Source: Negaprion brevirostris
Lineage: Eukaryota
NCBI GenBank assembly: GCA_030324005.1
Contig: JARDVH010000084.1
Location: 53,032,666-53,096,665 of the forward strand
DNA: 64,000 nucleotides
Reading direction: 5' to 3'
Shown here: positions 27,001-42,000 of the stretch, one piece after another
How the letters are laid out: each line of letters begins with the position of its first letter
Position numbering within the stretch: position 1 is the stretch's first letter
Translations under genes and position numbers: made by a program
The notes under the pieces: generated by a model
The model's input: only the letters and a program-made list of their open reading frames with translations
The model's database searches: none
Told to the model about the DNA's origin: nothing

Positions 27001-30000
27001 TGGCAAATATTTGCAAAATTAGCCATATGTTGTTCACAACCCTGATAATCCACATTCCACAGGCAGTCAAAGAGTGAATGGTGACTGAGAGGGACGAAGA
27101 TGTTTCCCCTTATGGAAGAACTAGAACTAGAGGTCACAGTTTAAAAATAAGACATTTCCCATTGAAGATGGAGATGACGATTTTTTTTCTCCCTCGGAGG
27201 GTCAGGGGGAGGCAATGGCCTAGTGGTATTATCACTAGACTATTAATCCAGAAACTCAAGCTAATTCTCAGTTCTGGGGACCCAGGTTTAAATCTGNNNN
27301 NNNNNNNNNNNNNNNNNNNNGAATTACAATTCAATAAAAAATATCTGGAATTAAGAATCTACTGATGACCTTGAAACCATTGTTGACTGTTGGAAAAACC
27401 AATCTGGTTCGCTAATGTCCTTGAGGGAGGGAAATCTGCTGTCCCTACCTGGTCTGGCCTACAGTGCCTTCAAAGCCACAATAATATGGTTATCAACTGC
27501 CCTGGGACAATCAGAGATGGGTAATAAATACTGGCCAGAGACGCCCATGTCCCATGAATAAATTTAAAAAAATAAACTTTGGAACTCTCTTCCTGGACAG
27601 CAATGGAGGCACCATTTTTAAGTGCTGGGAGCATCGTATGGACTGTGGCAAGAAACCCACGCAGATACATGAAGACTCCGTACAGGCAGTCACTCAAGCC
27701 AGGAATCAAACCTGGGTCCCCAGTGTTGAGTGGCAGTAATGCTAACCACTGTACCATCGTGTCGCCCCAAGAGCAGTGGAGGCAGGGTCAATAAATATTT
27801 TTAAGTCAGAGTAAATAAATTCTTGCCAAACAAGGCAATCAAATGTTAATAGGGTTAGGTGGAATGTGAAGTTGAGGCCACAGTCAGAACAGCCATGATC
27901 AGCTAGAACAAGCTCTAGGGCCAAATAGCCTGCTCCTGCTTCTAATTCATATGTTTGTACATGGATCACCATTCTGCTGAGGGCAGCAAATGAATGGGAA
28001 ATGGGTCATTTTATGAATACAATCATTTCAGACTTCTCCATTAATGGTGCCCAGCAATTAGCTGCAAGAAAATGTAATCAACTCAATGATTAGATGATGT
28101 CGGTTTTCCCACCTAATGAGCAGTCTGACAAAAACTGAAAGAGAAAGGTATAATGCAGCAGCGGAGTTAGTATGATAGCTAAATCTATCCAATACTTTAT
28201 GAGAAATCAATGTTTTTCCTTTACTTTTGACATTCACAAAAAGTTTGGAAAATATAATTTTGTTGCATTTTATCTAACCACAATTTAAAATCCCAATAAA
28301 CAGTTTAAAATAGTCAACACTGCACAGAGGTAAGTATGGGTAAGATTCACTTTGAATTCACTTCGGTATTTAAAAGAAAATGCTCAGGAGACCTTCTCCG
28401 TGATAGGACCCGAATCTCACCTTTTTAATGCCATTGTCTCTGCTCCAAAAGGCAGTAACTCACACAGGGTTAAGGGTTCACAGGCACCTTTGCACACCCT
28501 GTTTACTTTCATGTGAACCTGGTCAGTGAGTGATTTGACTATTTCATCAGTTCAAGGAGGGTGGGGAAAGTGGCATAACAGCGAAGGGTTGAACCTGAAT
28601 ACTGCCTTTGTGTTGTTCACTTAATTAAGCACAGGACTAGAACCTATATGTGGGATATCAGAAGATATTTTGCAATAATTCACTGAGTTTATAGTGGAAC
28701 CCCATTGTAACATTCATGTTACTGCTAGGATACCAAAATGATTAGATTTTTAAAAAATAATTTTACCAATTGGGATAAAGAAGTGGTGCAGCAAGGACAG
28801 CCTTGGATGCAGGAATCTTTATACTTTATTTGGGTGGTCTTGGCTGGATACAAATCAAGAATTTACCAGTGTAGTATGCTGCTACATTAATTGACTTTAG
28901 ATGGTTAGATTGTACATGTGCGTACCTCATCTTGGACTTTTGTCAACTCATGAATAATTTCTCTAGACATAGTAAACAGAGCATGTCCTTTAAGGGGACA
29001 TTAAAGGACAAATATATCCTTTACGTACCTCATTTGAATAAACAAGACACACTAGTTGTGTGGAATATTCACTGGATTGGTTTGGAGACCCTTAAGCATA
29101 ATGATATGTTTAACCACTAATTAGACCAAAGAATAGTAATCCTGCAGTATTAGTGCAATGACCTATCTGAACTGTAGAGGTCAACTAGAGCACACAATAG
29201 AGGCAGCTTGGTTCAGTTCACTGCAATTTTGCTTCTGGTGAATCCATCAAGAGGTTGGCGACTGCCTGTGATTGATTTCTTTTAGATACTTCATAACAAA
29301 TCACTAAAGTTTGACATCAGTATATTGAAACTGTTTGACAATGCAATAGCGCGTGCCATTGAGTGTTATAGGGACAAATATGTTCAAATATTTTGTTGGG
29401 CAATGTCAGGAATCATTATGTTTTCCGATAATAAGATGTAATCACCTGTACATATTCTGATTTTGATCAGTGCTGAGTAGGCGCCCGTTCTTACTCCAGC
29501 TGACTGTAGGCTTTGGGATGCCAGTAGCTTCACATGCCAAAGTGGTCTGCACATTGACAAGAACTGTGATATTGTTGAGGTCAGCAGCAATAGATGGAGG
29601 AACTAGGAGAGATCAGAGAAGACTTTGTTGTGTATTGGACAAAAAGATTTCAGAAGTATAAAAAGTAGAAGTGAGCAATGTTTGTTTATAGAGATAGATA
29701 GCTCAGTTGTAGTCTGAGTTTCTGCATAAATAGGTAACAATAGATATTTGGGGAAATAGAATTTTTTCCTGATAATGAGAACATATACTATGGAGGAAAT
29801 ATTCCCATCCTGCTGGCCACAGGAATCATAGTGGGCGGGGGAGGTGGTGACACATGAAGGTCTGTTGATATCAGGTGGCACTTTCCGGTTTTGGGGTGAG
29901 TGCGACTGGAAAATCCTGCCCTACATGTATAATGGTATAAAGTCAGATATGAATTTTATTTCCTTATTCATCTGTAGATTCACATTTTATCAAATTTTTT

Positions 30001-33000
30001 TTTGATTACAAATTGCTTGAACATTTACCTTGTTTATCTTAAAGTAGATTTCTATACAACTTTAATATAAAAATGTTAATCAACAAAGGATGATATAAAC
30101 AAAGAAAATGGAACATGGTTCTAAAACAGATAGAAGACACATAACACACAAAAATATGGAAAAGGCAAAGATGGCATCATTTGAAGTGCTTGTAAAACCC
30201 CTAGCATTTAAGCCAGTATATTTCCTCTAAAGGACTAATCTTTTATATGTTTTAGTAATTATTGTTAGTTTGAAAATGACAAGAATAGCATAAAACTTTT
30301 AACATTTGCCACACAATGTTGGGTCCAGATAAAGTCAAGATAGAAAATGTGTTGGAAGAATTCCAGCTTGAGTTCCAAAGTTTGCTTTGCTAACGATGAA
30401 AATTAATTGAAAACCTTAACTGATGTCTCCACATCAGATGTAATGGAGACAAATGGTATTCTGTTTGAAAATCAGAACCTCCTTTGTTCAGGTTTAGAAA
30501 TGTTCAAATCACTCAGCAAGGTGTTGACCTGTTTAAAAAAGATTCAGTAATAGTAATTTACCTATAGGCTGTTGCTCTGCTCATTTCTGCGCAACCTCTA
30601 GTCTTGGGCTTTCCTCTTAGTTGCTTGTGGGAGCCTCCTAATTTCAATCTTCTAAGAGCCATAAACAATATAGCGAGGGAAACTGGTACACGAGGTACCA
30701 GTGTTTCCCAATGTCTTCCTCATGTGTGCTCAAGGGAAACACAGGTCCTATTCCCAAATAGTTTGCTGCCTGGAAGTGGCATTGTCTCTAGAGGTTCAAG
30801 TTCTTCCACTATCACTACAGAAAATTAGCTGGTTCTGCCACTGGCCATAGCATGCTACCCTGAGCGTGGCATTCTTACCTGGGTCTTTTTCTGCTAAAGA
30901 GGAGGCATGGCCATCCCTTGAAGTTTCAAATGACCCTGCTACCAAGTTGTGTCCGTAATTTATGATTATGATATGAACAGTATTTACCGTAGACTTGAAC
31001 ATCAATTCGCTTCCGAGCGGTTCCAGCTGTGTTGGTTGCCATGCACAGATAACGACCTGTATCTGTTACTTGAGCTGAGCCAATTTGCAAAGAGCCATCA
31101 TCCAAGAATGAATACCTAGTGGGGGGGAAAATATTACTTTCATGTAGCACATTTTGCAGAAACATCTCAAAATGCTTCACATATAATTAATTACTTTTGG
31201 ATTGCAGCATCAATTCTAACAATGTTACTCACTAACATTTTGTTGAGGGCCAGAGGGCCATGATCCTTTTTTTGTAAGTAATTAGCCATAGTCCTTATGA
31301 ATTATCCAATGGCTGCTCTCAGGAATGCTGTATCCAAAAACGATAGATACAGACTGGTACTTGACATTTCTCACACAATGAACATTTTATTTTAGCAATA
31401 CCACTGTGGGATCTTGGGATTAATTGGCTTAGCAAAAAAAGTGTCATGCACTTCACAAAAGGAGCTTATGATATTTATATTGTATTTTCTACTTTAACAA
31501 AGGCATTGTGATGGGAAGGTAGTGTAGTGGTTATGTTATTGAATTAGTAATTCAGTAAAATAAAAATAGAANNNNNNNNNNNNNNNNNNNNNNNNNNNNN
31601 NNNNNNNNNNNNNNNNNNNNNNNNNNNNNNNNNNNNNNNNNNNNNNNNNNNNNNNNNNNNNNNNNNNNNNNATAGAAAATTTTGAAAATAGCCAGTTTGA
31701 TGGCATTGTGGAGAGAGAAACAGAATTAACATTTCAGACCAAGGACCTTTCTTCGGGACTGAAGGGAATAGAGATTTAATAGATTTTAAGGAAGTGGAAG
31801 GGAGGAGAAGAGGAAAAAGAACAAAAGGGAAGATCTGTAATAGGGTGGAGGATGAAAGGGATTAACTAACAAAAGATTTTATGGTACAAAAGGCAAAGGA
31901 AGTGGGTCAGTGGCTGTAGTATGAAACAAAAGACTTGCCCAGAGCAGATGTGAATTACCTAATAATGAACAACTGTCTCTGCAAGTAATATCATGAAAAA
32001 TAAATTTGGTGGTGGGAGTGGAGTGGGTGGGGGCAGTACAGAGGTGACAGGCTGAAATTGTTGAACTCAGTGTTGAGTCCAGAATGCTGTATAGTGACAA
32101 ATTGAAAGATCAAGTGCTATTCATCAAAGTTGCATTAAGCCATTAAGCTTCACTGGAACAGATTGTGATTCCAGTGAAATTCAATGCAAGCTCAAAGAAC
32201 AGGGTCTATTTCAATTTGATTCTCTGTGTGAAAAAATTTTCCCTCATGTTACTTTTGCTTCTTGTGCCAACTGTATTAAATCTTTGCCTTCTTGCTCTTC
32301 ATCCTTTCATGAGTAGGAAAAGTTTCTCTTCATCAACTGTATCTATGATTTTGAATAAATATCTCCTCTCAACCTTCTCTTCTCCAAGAAAAACAGTCCT
32401 AACTCCTCCAAGTGATATTTATAACTGAAGTTGTTCATCCCAGGAGCCATTTTCATTAATCTAGTCTGCATTAAATCCAAAGCCTTCAGGTCTTTGCTAA
32501 AATACAGAACCCAGGACTGCACACAATACTCCAGCTGTGGCTGAACTCGTGTCTTGGCAAGTTCAACACAGCCTCCTTGCTTTTTTGCCTTTTTTAAGGC
32601 TCCTTTGCCTTAGTGATTATTTTCCAAACCTCGCTGGATTCCGGGGAAGTGCCGGAAGATTGGAAAACGGCTAATGTTACGCNNNNNNNNNNNNNNNNNN
32701 NNNNNNNNNNNNNNNNNNNNNNNNNNNNNNNNNNNNNNNNNNNNNNNNNNNNNNNNNNNNNNNNNNNNNNNNNNNNNNNNNNTATTGAATGGCGGGGCAG
32801 GCTCGAAGGGCTAGATGGCCTACTCCTGCTCCTATTTCTTATGTTCTTATGTTTATGTCCCTGTTAATAAAACAGGGATACTGTATGCTTTATTAGCCAC
32901 TCTTAACCTATCCTGCCAACTTCATTGACTTCTGCACAGATAAAGCCAGGTCCTTCTGCCCTTGTGCCCCTTTCAAAGTTGTATTCTTTATTTTTTTTCT

Positions 33001-36000
33001 CACCCTGTTCCTATCAAAATGAATCACTTCACATTTCTCCATGTTGAACTTCACCTGCCACTCATCTGTCATTTCACCTATGTTCTTTTGAAGTTCCACT
33101 CTATCCTCCACACTGTTCACAATGCTCCCAAATTTTGTATCACCCTCAAATATTGAAATTGTGCTCTGTATACTAAAGTCTAGGTCATTAACAGACACCA
33201 GCAACAAACACTAATCCTGGGGAGCTTCACGACAAAACTTATCTCCAGCCCAACATACATCCATTAACCACTCATATGTGTTCTGTCATGTAGTCAGTTT
33301 TGTATTCATGTGGCTACCTTCCTTCTTATTTCATGAGCTATAACTTGGCTTAAAAGTGTTGTTAGGAATTATATCAACAGCATTGTCCTCATCAGCCCTC
33401 TCTGTTATCTCTTCAAAAAAATCTCCAGCATGGAGCTAAACATGATTTTTCCTTCAGAAATCCATGCTGACTTTCCTTAACTGATCCATATTTGTCCCTG
33501 TGATCATTAGTTTTGTCTTGGATTAATATTTCTACAAGTTTTCCCAACAGTATGCCTGTAGAAGACTTTGAGATTTGCATTTATGTTAGTTCAGTCTCAT
33601 TTCATACCCCCTCTTTGCTTCTCTTATTCACTTTTTCATTTCCATTCTGAACCTTCTATATTTAACCTGGTTCTCCATTCTACTATCCGTCTGACAACTG
33701 TCATAAGCAGATTTTTTCTTCTTCATCTTAAACTCTTTCTTTTTTATCATCGAGGGAGCTCTGGATTTGTTTACCTTATCTTTCTCTTTCAAGTAACTAT
33801 ACTTTAACTGTGTTTCAACTCTTCCTTGAAGGTAACCTATTGTTGACCATGTTTCCTGTCAACCTTTGATTTCAATTTATTCAGTCCAATTCCACTCTTA
33901 GCCCACTGAACTTAGCTTTCCCTTATTAATTACTCTTATTTTATACTGTCCTTTGTCTTTTTCAGTCGCCAACCTAAACCTTTTGGTACAATGATCACTG
34001 TTCCCTAAATGTTCTCCGAATGCTATTTGATCCATTTGGTCCATCTCATTCCCAAGAACAAGGGCCAGCAGTGCCTCTCCTCTCGTTGAATTACAAACAT
34101 ACTGCTCTGGAAGTATTTTATGAACACACTCCAAGAATTCTTGCCCCTCTCTGCCCTTTATCCCACTACTATTTCAGTCTATATTTGAATAAGAACATAA
34201 GAAATAGGAGCAGGAGTAGGCCATCTAGCCCTTCGAGCCTGCCCCGCCATTCAATAAGATCANNNNNNNNNNNNNNNNNNNNNNNNNNNNNNNNNNNNNN
34301 NNNNNNNNNNNNNNNNNNNNNNNNNNNNNNNNNNNNNNNNNNNNNNNNNNNNNNNNNNNNNNAAACCTATCTACCCGTGACTTAAATATATTTAGCGAGG
34401 TAGCCTCCACCACTTCAACGGGCAGAGAATTCCAGAGATAATTGAAGTCCCCATTATAACTACTCTATAATTCTTCTGCGTCTTTGCAATTTCCTTGCAA
34501 ATTTGTTCCTTTTCACCATTTGGTGTCATTAGACTACACAAAGCAATGTAATTGCACATTTTTTTGTTCCTTAGTTGTAGCCTAATAATTTCTGTCCTTG
34601 ACCCCTGTGACATCCTTGCTCTCCAGCACCACAATGCTCTCCTTAATCAATACTTCAATATTGCCATTCAGCCCCTTTCTTCCTTTCCTACCATTCCTGA
34701 ATATCTTGCATCTAAGAATACGTAACACCCAGTCCTGAGCATCTTTGAGCCAATTATCTGTTGTAGCCACAACATCATATTTTCTGATGAAGAGAGGGTC
34801 ATCCAGATCTGAAACGTTAGCTCTGTTCTCTCTCCGCAGATACTGTCAGACCTACTGAGATTTTCCAACATTTTTTGTTTTTGTTTCAGATTCCAGCATC
34901 CATAATAATTTGCTTTAATCATATTTTCATGTGCCAAACTACATCCGTAACTTATAAATTTTATTAATCACACACTGTGTATTCGCATTCATGCTTGTTA
35001 ATCCTAATTTAGATTTTACTACTTTCTCCCTTACTCTGATCCCACGTAATAACTTACTATTCTACTCTTGTGCTATCTATCTCTTGTCAGTATTTTAATA
35101 TCATCTCTAATAATTCTCCCTTGTTCCCACATCCCTGCCAATTTAGTTTAAGCCTTCCCGAATGGCACTAGCAAATCACCCCTTGGGCTATATTTAAGTA
35201 CATACCAACTACGCAGATCCCATCTCCCCGAGAACAGGTTCCAATATTGCAAGATTCTAAAACCCTCTGTCCTACACCATCTCACCAGCCATGCATTCAT
35301 TTACTTTATTCTCTGATTTAACTGAGTTCTGGTTGGTCAATTTTTCTTAGCTAGCTCATGAATAGAAGTCATGAGACAAAAGAGCAGCAAGTTTATCAAG
35401 CCAGGTCATGGGCAGCTCGGTGGCACAGTGGTTAGTATTGCTGCCTCACAGCTCCAGGGATATGGGTTCAAATCCAGCCTTGGGTCACCACTGTCTGTGT
35501 GGAGTCTGCACATTCTCCCTGTGTCTGCATGGGTTTCCTCCAGGTGCTCTGCTTTCCACCCACAGTCCAAGGATGTATGGGTTAGGTTGATTGGCCACGC
35601 TGACTTGCCCCTTAGTGTCAGGTGGGTTGGCAGGGTGGATGCATGGGGTTTCAGGGATGGGGGCCTGGGTGGATTGTTGATGGTGTGGACTCAATGGACC
35701 AAATGGTCTCCTTCTGCACTGCAGGGATTCTATGGACCAGGATGTAAATAGTCCTTGGACTGTATGATGACCCTGTAGGGCCACCAAAAGAAATTTTAAG
35801 TTGAGAAAAACATATTATTAGCATTTCTCTAGATTCCCTTGCCATGCCCACCCCAGAAAAATAAATTGAATTGTGTGAAAAGTGACTTCTGACCGCAGGT
35901 TGCTTGTTGAAAGAACAGCACCATCCTTCCTCCAGGTAACTTGGGGAGCTGGTACCCCACCTACTGAACAATTGAGCACAGCAGGCTGGTTCATGTGGAC

Positions 36001-39000
36001 AGTCACCGTCTGCGGACCTTCTTTTATTGTTGGAGCAACTGTATGTTCAAAACAACAGAGATTAGGACTAATTTAATGCGGTTATATCTACATTGTTTGT
36101 CAAAAATAAAAGATCTTGTTGAAAAAAAGTCTTTCTTTGCTAACAAAAGAACATCAGTCATTCAAACTGCTAATTATACAATACAACTTTGATAGAATCC
36201 CTGCATTTGTTTGTTTGAACCTTTCATACACACAAGTTATTGATTTCATAGTTCAGAAAATAAATTGATCCAAGCTTTGTTGTTGGATTCTAGTAGGAGT
36301 CTAGGCTGCATGTGCACACACGGTATTTGGAAATCTCTAACAGAAAGTGTGTACAGGATATCTGCAATTTTCCAGCACATTCTTCTGACTTGTAAGGCTC
36401 TGGGTTGATATTGCAAGCTTGAAATAATGGTGGAACTAAATGCATCCCACGGCCTGGCAGTGAGTTTGGAGGCAAGGGGAATTTAATTGGATGGGAGGTT
36501 GTTTGCTGGGGATCCTGCCACCTCTTGGTTTATACCTGATTAAGTCTGTGACCTACGAACAGCTTTCCTACCTAAACTCTAATTGAAGCCTTTAAGTGGG
36601 CAATTAATGCCCAATAAATTGCCCCACCACAATCACTGCTATTTAGGGGTGGGAAGGGAGTTGCCATACAGGGAGCCTGTGAAGCAAAACGCTATTGGGT
36701 TTGCTTGCAGGTTTTCGGTGGGGTTCACTTATGGGTACTTCATTCCAGTGGGCCTTTCTCGAAGGAGGGGACAAAGGACAGCTGTCAGTTCTTCAGCCAT
36801 GTCACAAACACCAGTTACTTTGGGTCCCAATGTTCCAGCAGGTGCTGTCAATTGTTTAGTTAAATCCAGAGTCACATGCCCTTACTCTTCCTTTGAGGTC
36901 AATAATTCTATTATTTTGGCATCGATTTTAAAATCCAAATAGTCATTTCCATTTCACATTACCATGCATTTTTTCCAGAAACAGTGACTATGTTAATAAC
37001 CATTTCCCTGAACCAGAGATGGAAAGATTTTGAATGTATACTTACCATTTACTGCTACGGTAAATTCTCTTGTCATTTTTCCTGCAATATTGCTTGCAAC
37101 ACAAGTGTATAGGGCTGTATCTGCAAGCTCAGCATTATTAATCTGAAGGTATCGTCCACTTGAGAGGATGCGTAAACGAGGGGTGGCCTGCAAATTTAAT
37201 TAAAGGAGCACCAAGTCACAACCATAACTTCAAAAACTAGCTGGGATGCAAGTAGCAACACAAGGGCTTGAGGTGAGCAGGTGGCAACCAAGTGCTTTGG
37301 CTGTTCTGAATTCTATCACAATGTGTAGTAAACTCTGCTATGTTCTAACTCACACAACGTCCTATTCACTCATTACCCATTACACCTGTGTTCATTGATT
37401 TATACTGGTTCCTTATTAAGCAATGCCTTTCTTATCCTTGGACTGGAATTTGCAGCCAAATAATTAAGTGTGTTTTTAGCAGTGGGAAGCCACATAAAAT
37501 TTGTTGGGTGTTAGGCCACTACTTTGCCGCCTGCCCGTGACCTCTCCCATGATACAGTGGATGGGTAAGGTGCCATTAGCCTGCCTACCCTTAAGCGGTC
37601 AACTATTGTCCACTTATTGCCCTTAATCTGCCTCTACAGTCAGAATGCACTGGGCATTGGAAAGTAAGCAAGAATGGAAAGTGGGCCAGAGTGGAAAGGA
37701 TATATTTTAACAAATTTGGTGAAGAGGTGGGAAGGAAGATGGAATGTCCTGTATGCATTTGAGACACCACCCCCAAGTTACCCATACTCCAGAACCTGTT
37801 AATCTGTCTTTCACCCTTCTCCTTCGTCCCTTCCCTGGACCTCATGGGCCTATTGGTGCTGCTAGGACTTCAAGAGCTCGCAAGGCAGGATGTTCTTCTG
37901 CTGAAGGGCAGAAGTCTGACCCTCTGTTTGCTAAGGTTGTGGACAGCTTGCTATTGTTGATGGATTACTGTGGGTAGGTTTTCTACCAACCTTTCTTCCA
38001 CTGGTCAAGTAATAATGCCCTCCTCTAAAATTCTTTGTAACTTTCTCTAGTCCCAGAACCCTATAAGATATCTGCTCTCCTTCAAATCTAGCCCTTTGAG
38101 TTTCCTTGATTTTAATTATTCCACCATTGCTGTCCACTCCTTCAGCTGCCAAAGATCCTAATTCCTGGAATTCTTTCTCTAAACCTTCTACTTCTCTTTT
38201 CTCCTTTAAGACACACCTTAAAGCCTACCAGTTTGACCAAACTTATTAGGTGGCAGGTATCAAATTTTGTTTCATCATGCTCCTGAGAAGCACCTTGGAC
38301 CATTTAAGAGTGCCCCATAAGAGCAAGTTATTGTACAGGTGGAGTTGCTCATTCTGCTACAGATTTTTGGAAACCCACTATCAAAATTGGTTCAATCTCC
38401 ATTTCGTTTTCAGGAATTCTTTCATCAATATTGGGAAATAGACAAGGCAATAATTTACTTAATTGTGGGATTTTGCTGATACAAATTTGTTATAATGTGG
38501 CTCTGTTGTGAGATTTTTCAGCACTATGATAAAGTCCTACAAAAGTTTAATTATAGTAGAATAATTATCCAATTTTTTTGTTTGCAATGCCGGCAGTGAA
38601 TTTGTAAGTCACTTGTGGGTTAGAATGAGACTCAATCTATTTAACCCATCACAATATAACACTCAATGTTAAAAAGTTTTGCAATACTCTCTAAATCCAG
38701 TTACCTTGTATTAACGTGGAGATGGCTATTTACCTGTAATGGCTTGCCATCCTTTAGCCAGGTTAAGGTTGGAGGTGGTACAGCATCAGACTTGCATTCC
38801 AGGATTACCTGTTGATTTTTTAACACAGCCATGTCCTGAGGCCCACTTTGACCAGCAATGTTTGGTGGGACTGGAACAGAAACACAACAGCAACCTAGGT
38901 AAAACTAGGTAACAACATTTAAATTAACTCCCCCTTCTTCATAAAACAGAGTCTGCTCGATCATTGAAAGATGTTGCACAAACTGACATTGTGATATTTG

Positions 39001-42000
39001 TGACTGGCTTCTCTAGCCTCTATGGACATTGGAGCTTGCAAACCACACACTCATTTTACGGACAGATAAGAATAACTCAACATAGGACTTGTTTACACAC
39101 TGGGCAATGTCACAGTTTGCGAGATTCCCTGTACAGATAAGACCCTAGAAATCACTCTTCCTAGCTGATAGATACTAATAGACCTGACTCCCAAAGCATT
39201 TGATCCTTAGCTTCTGCTTCATTGTATCAATGGGGTTGGATTTTCCTGTTCAAGTGGGAATCAGGAGGTGGGGTTGATCCCAGCTTGCATTCCTGCCTCA
39301 ATTGCCAGGAGGTGTGATTTTCACAGGGTCAGTGTCTTAATGGCCCTAATCTACCTCCACAATCATAATGCACCAGTTTTCCAGGCAACTAATGCCTGGG
39401 GCAAGTGTTGGAAATGGAGACAAAACACCAGGCTACATTCTAAACTGAATTGTCTGTGTATGGTCTCAAAAATAAAATGAAAGGTTCTTCATCTTCAAAG
39501 TGACCAAGGCAAATGGAGGGCTTACAGCAATTTGGTTAGTAATATTTCATTGCTGGTCTGTAGATTGTTGTCCAAACTTTCACTTTTTCCCCCATTTCAA
39601 AAAAAACTTTTCAGCGCTGCAACCCGTGTTTCCAGAGGTTGGAGCTGGTCGTAATCCTTTATGCAAATCTCAAAAACACAATGCAAGCACTAAACTCCCT
39701 AAAGACCACAACATGTGCAATTAATGAGGTGGGAGACTTCACTTTCCCACTTCTCTTTGTTCTTGGGAAAGTCAGCAGAGCTGGGACTGGAGGCACCAGA
39801 CTGGCACTCAGGTTGTTAGTGCTATTTATTTTGCCGTTCCATCCTGATTTGGGATGGGAAAATCCAGCCCAATGTGTCAATATATTTTACTTCAAATATG
39901 CTGCAACATGTATATGTGTATAAAGGAAAATAAACTAAATCTCCAGTAACAATACACACATCTACTTTTATGAAACACCTCTTTCATTAGGACAAGAAAC
40001 CAGATAGAGGATCTATCTGTGGAAGGTGTACAAATTGGAACAGACCTGTTTCTTCCAATGTAATGATAAGCTCCTGTAATCAGAAGTCATAAACGTGAAA
40101 ATGAATACAGTATTTTCAATGTCACCATATACAGGAATGGTTGTGGCCTGAAACTTTGCTCTCTATCTTCTTCTCTCAGAGGGTAGTGAATCTCTGGAAT
40201 TCTCTGCCCATTGAAGTGGTGGAAGCTACCTCGTTGAATATGTTTAAGTCACGGGTAGATAGATTTCTGATCGATAAGGGAATGAAGGGTTAGGGGGAGC
40301 AGGCGGGTAAGTGGTAATGATCCACTTCAGATCAGCCGTGATCTCATTGAATGGCGGGGCAGGCTCGAGGGGCTAGATGGCTTACTCCTGCTCCTATTTC
40401 TTATGTTCTTCTGACAGCAGATGCACAGGAACAGTGCCCACTTCCTCTCCAAGTCACGTACCAACCTCGTTGGAAATGTATCACCATTTCTTCACTGGGT
40501 CAAAATGCTGGAACTCCCTCCTTCGCAGTACTGTTGGTTCACCCATTTCAGGGGGGGCTCATCACCACCTTCTCAAAGACAATTAAGAGTGGACATTAAA
40601 TGCTTGCCAGCGATGCCTACATCCCATGAAAGAATAAAATTTAATAAGACACTGTGCTGTTTTATTCAGCGTTCACCTGCTGGTTTTATATCCTCAGACA
40701 TACCTGACCACCCCTAAAATCAACCCTGCCTTCCCTCAAATCAGTAATTTGGCCTCGTTTTGGAAAATACAGTTGCCCTCCATCATCACTTTCCATGTCA
40801 TTAATGACTGACAAGTGGTTAAAAGGCCTGATGGTTACTTCCACCATTCCAGCCCTGTCATTACACGGGAGATAATGAAAGCCTTCACGCTCCAATTCAG
40901 CAGAGTGAATCTTGGATCCTGCTGCAAGTTTTAACACTTTGACTGACTAGTCCGTTCATGACTTTGGAATGGCTTGAAAAAGTATAATAATTCATACTTT
41001 AGAGTAACCTTGATTCATGTGAGATTAAGTGTTGAGCTCCACCCAGCTTCTTGTTTGAAAATACAGGAAATGTTGCCTTACTGAAGGTGCAGGCGTAATT
41101 AATTTTCTTAAAGGGGCTACACCTTCCCTTTTGGCATTTTTTTTGTTAATGCATTTATTGAAAAAGAGGATAATGTCCTGTTAATTTTTTAAAAATAATA
41201 TGACTGCATAAAGGTGCAGCTGGACTGTGCAGTGAATGGGCATCCTTTACACTTAGGCAACACTCAAATTTCCATTTAGTGCACCTCTAACTCTAAGAAA
41301 TAGAGGGATTCTTCCCCATAAAATTCTAAGAATTCTTGTAAAAAGTAGAGTAAATCCCACTGCTTTTTTCAGTGGGATTTTCAAAGTGGACCTCTACACA
41401 TCACAGCGAGCCCTAGTGTGCATCAGTCTGAAAAGCTGGGGGTGGACCCTATTCGTGCTGGAAAGGCCTGCAGCATTGCACTGTCATGGTGGAGTTCGGC
41501 ACGTGTGCAGTAGCCCCACACTACTGGCTTCCCAATTTCTGGCCCACTCTGTGAGCCTGCAAAGCTGCCCCTCCAAGCTGGGNNNNNNNNNNNNNNNNNN
41601 NNNNNNNNNNNNNNNNNNNNNNNNNNNNNNNNNNNNNNNNNNNNNNNNNNNNNNNNNNNNNNNNNNNNNNNNNNNNNNNNNNCAGGCTCAAGGGGTTAGA
41701 TGGTCTACTCCTGCTCCTATTTCTTATGTTCTTATGATCTTAGTCAAAATGGTTACAGAGGGACAATTCTGGAAGCCCTGTCCCTGAATCTGGCCCCTGC
41801 CATTTTCACAGAGGAATGAAGGCGCATTCCAAATAGTACATCAGTGTTTCATGGAGGCAACTGTACATGTTAAAGTACAGCTGCCTCATTTAGATTTGAT
41901 TTTCACTAGTGGAGTGGTTAAAACACGACTTGTACACTTTAGGCTTGCTTGGACAAGGTCTACATTTATCAGAGCTCTTTGGAGAGGCATAGTATCCTTT

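Noticed and set aside
35410-35485. tRNA-like sequence with A and B boxes
   Set aside because: SINE heads continuing into the V-domain, not tRNA genes.
35371-35787. Recurrent ORFs such as VAQWLALLPH...LHGFPPG (also 25769, 47682, 51783, 62753)
   Set aside because: Translations of HE1 SINE sequence, not a gene family.
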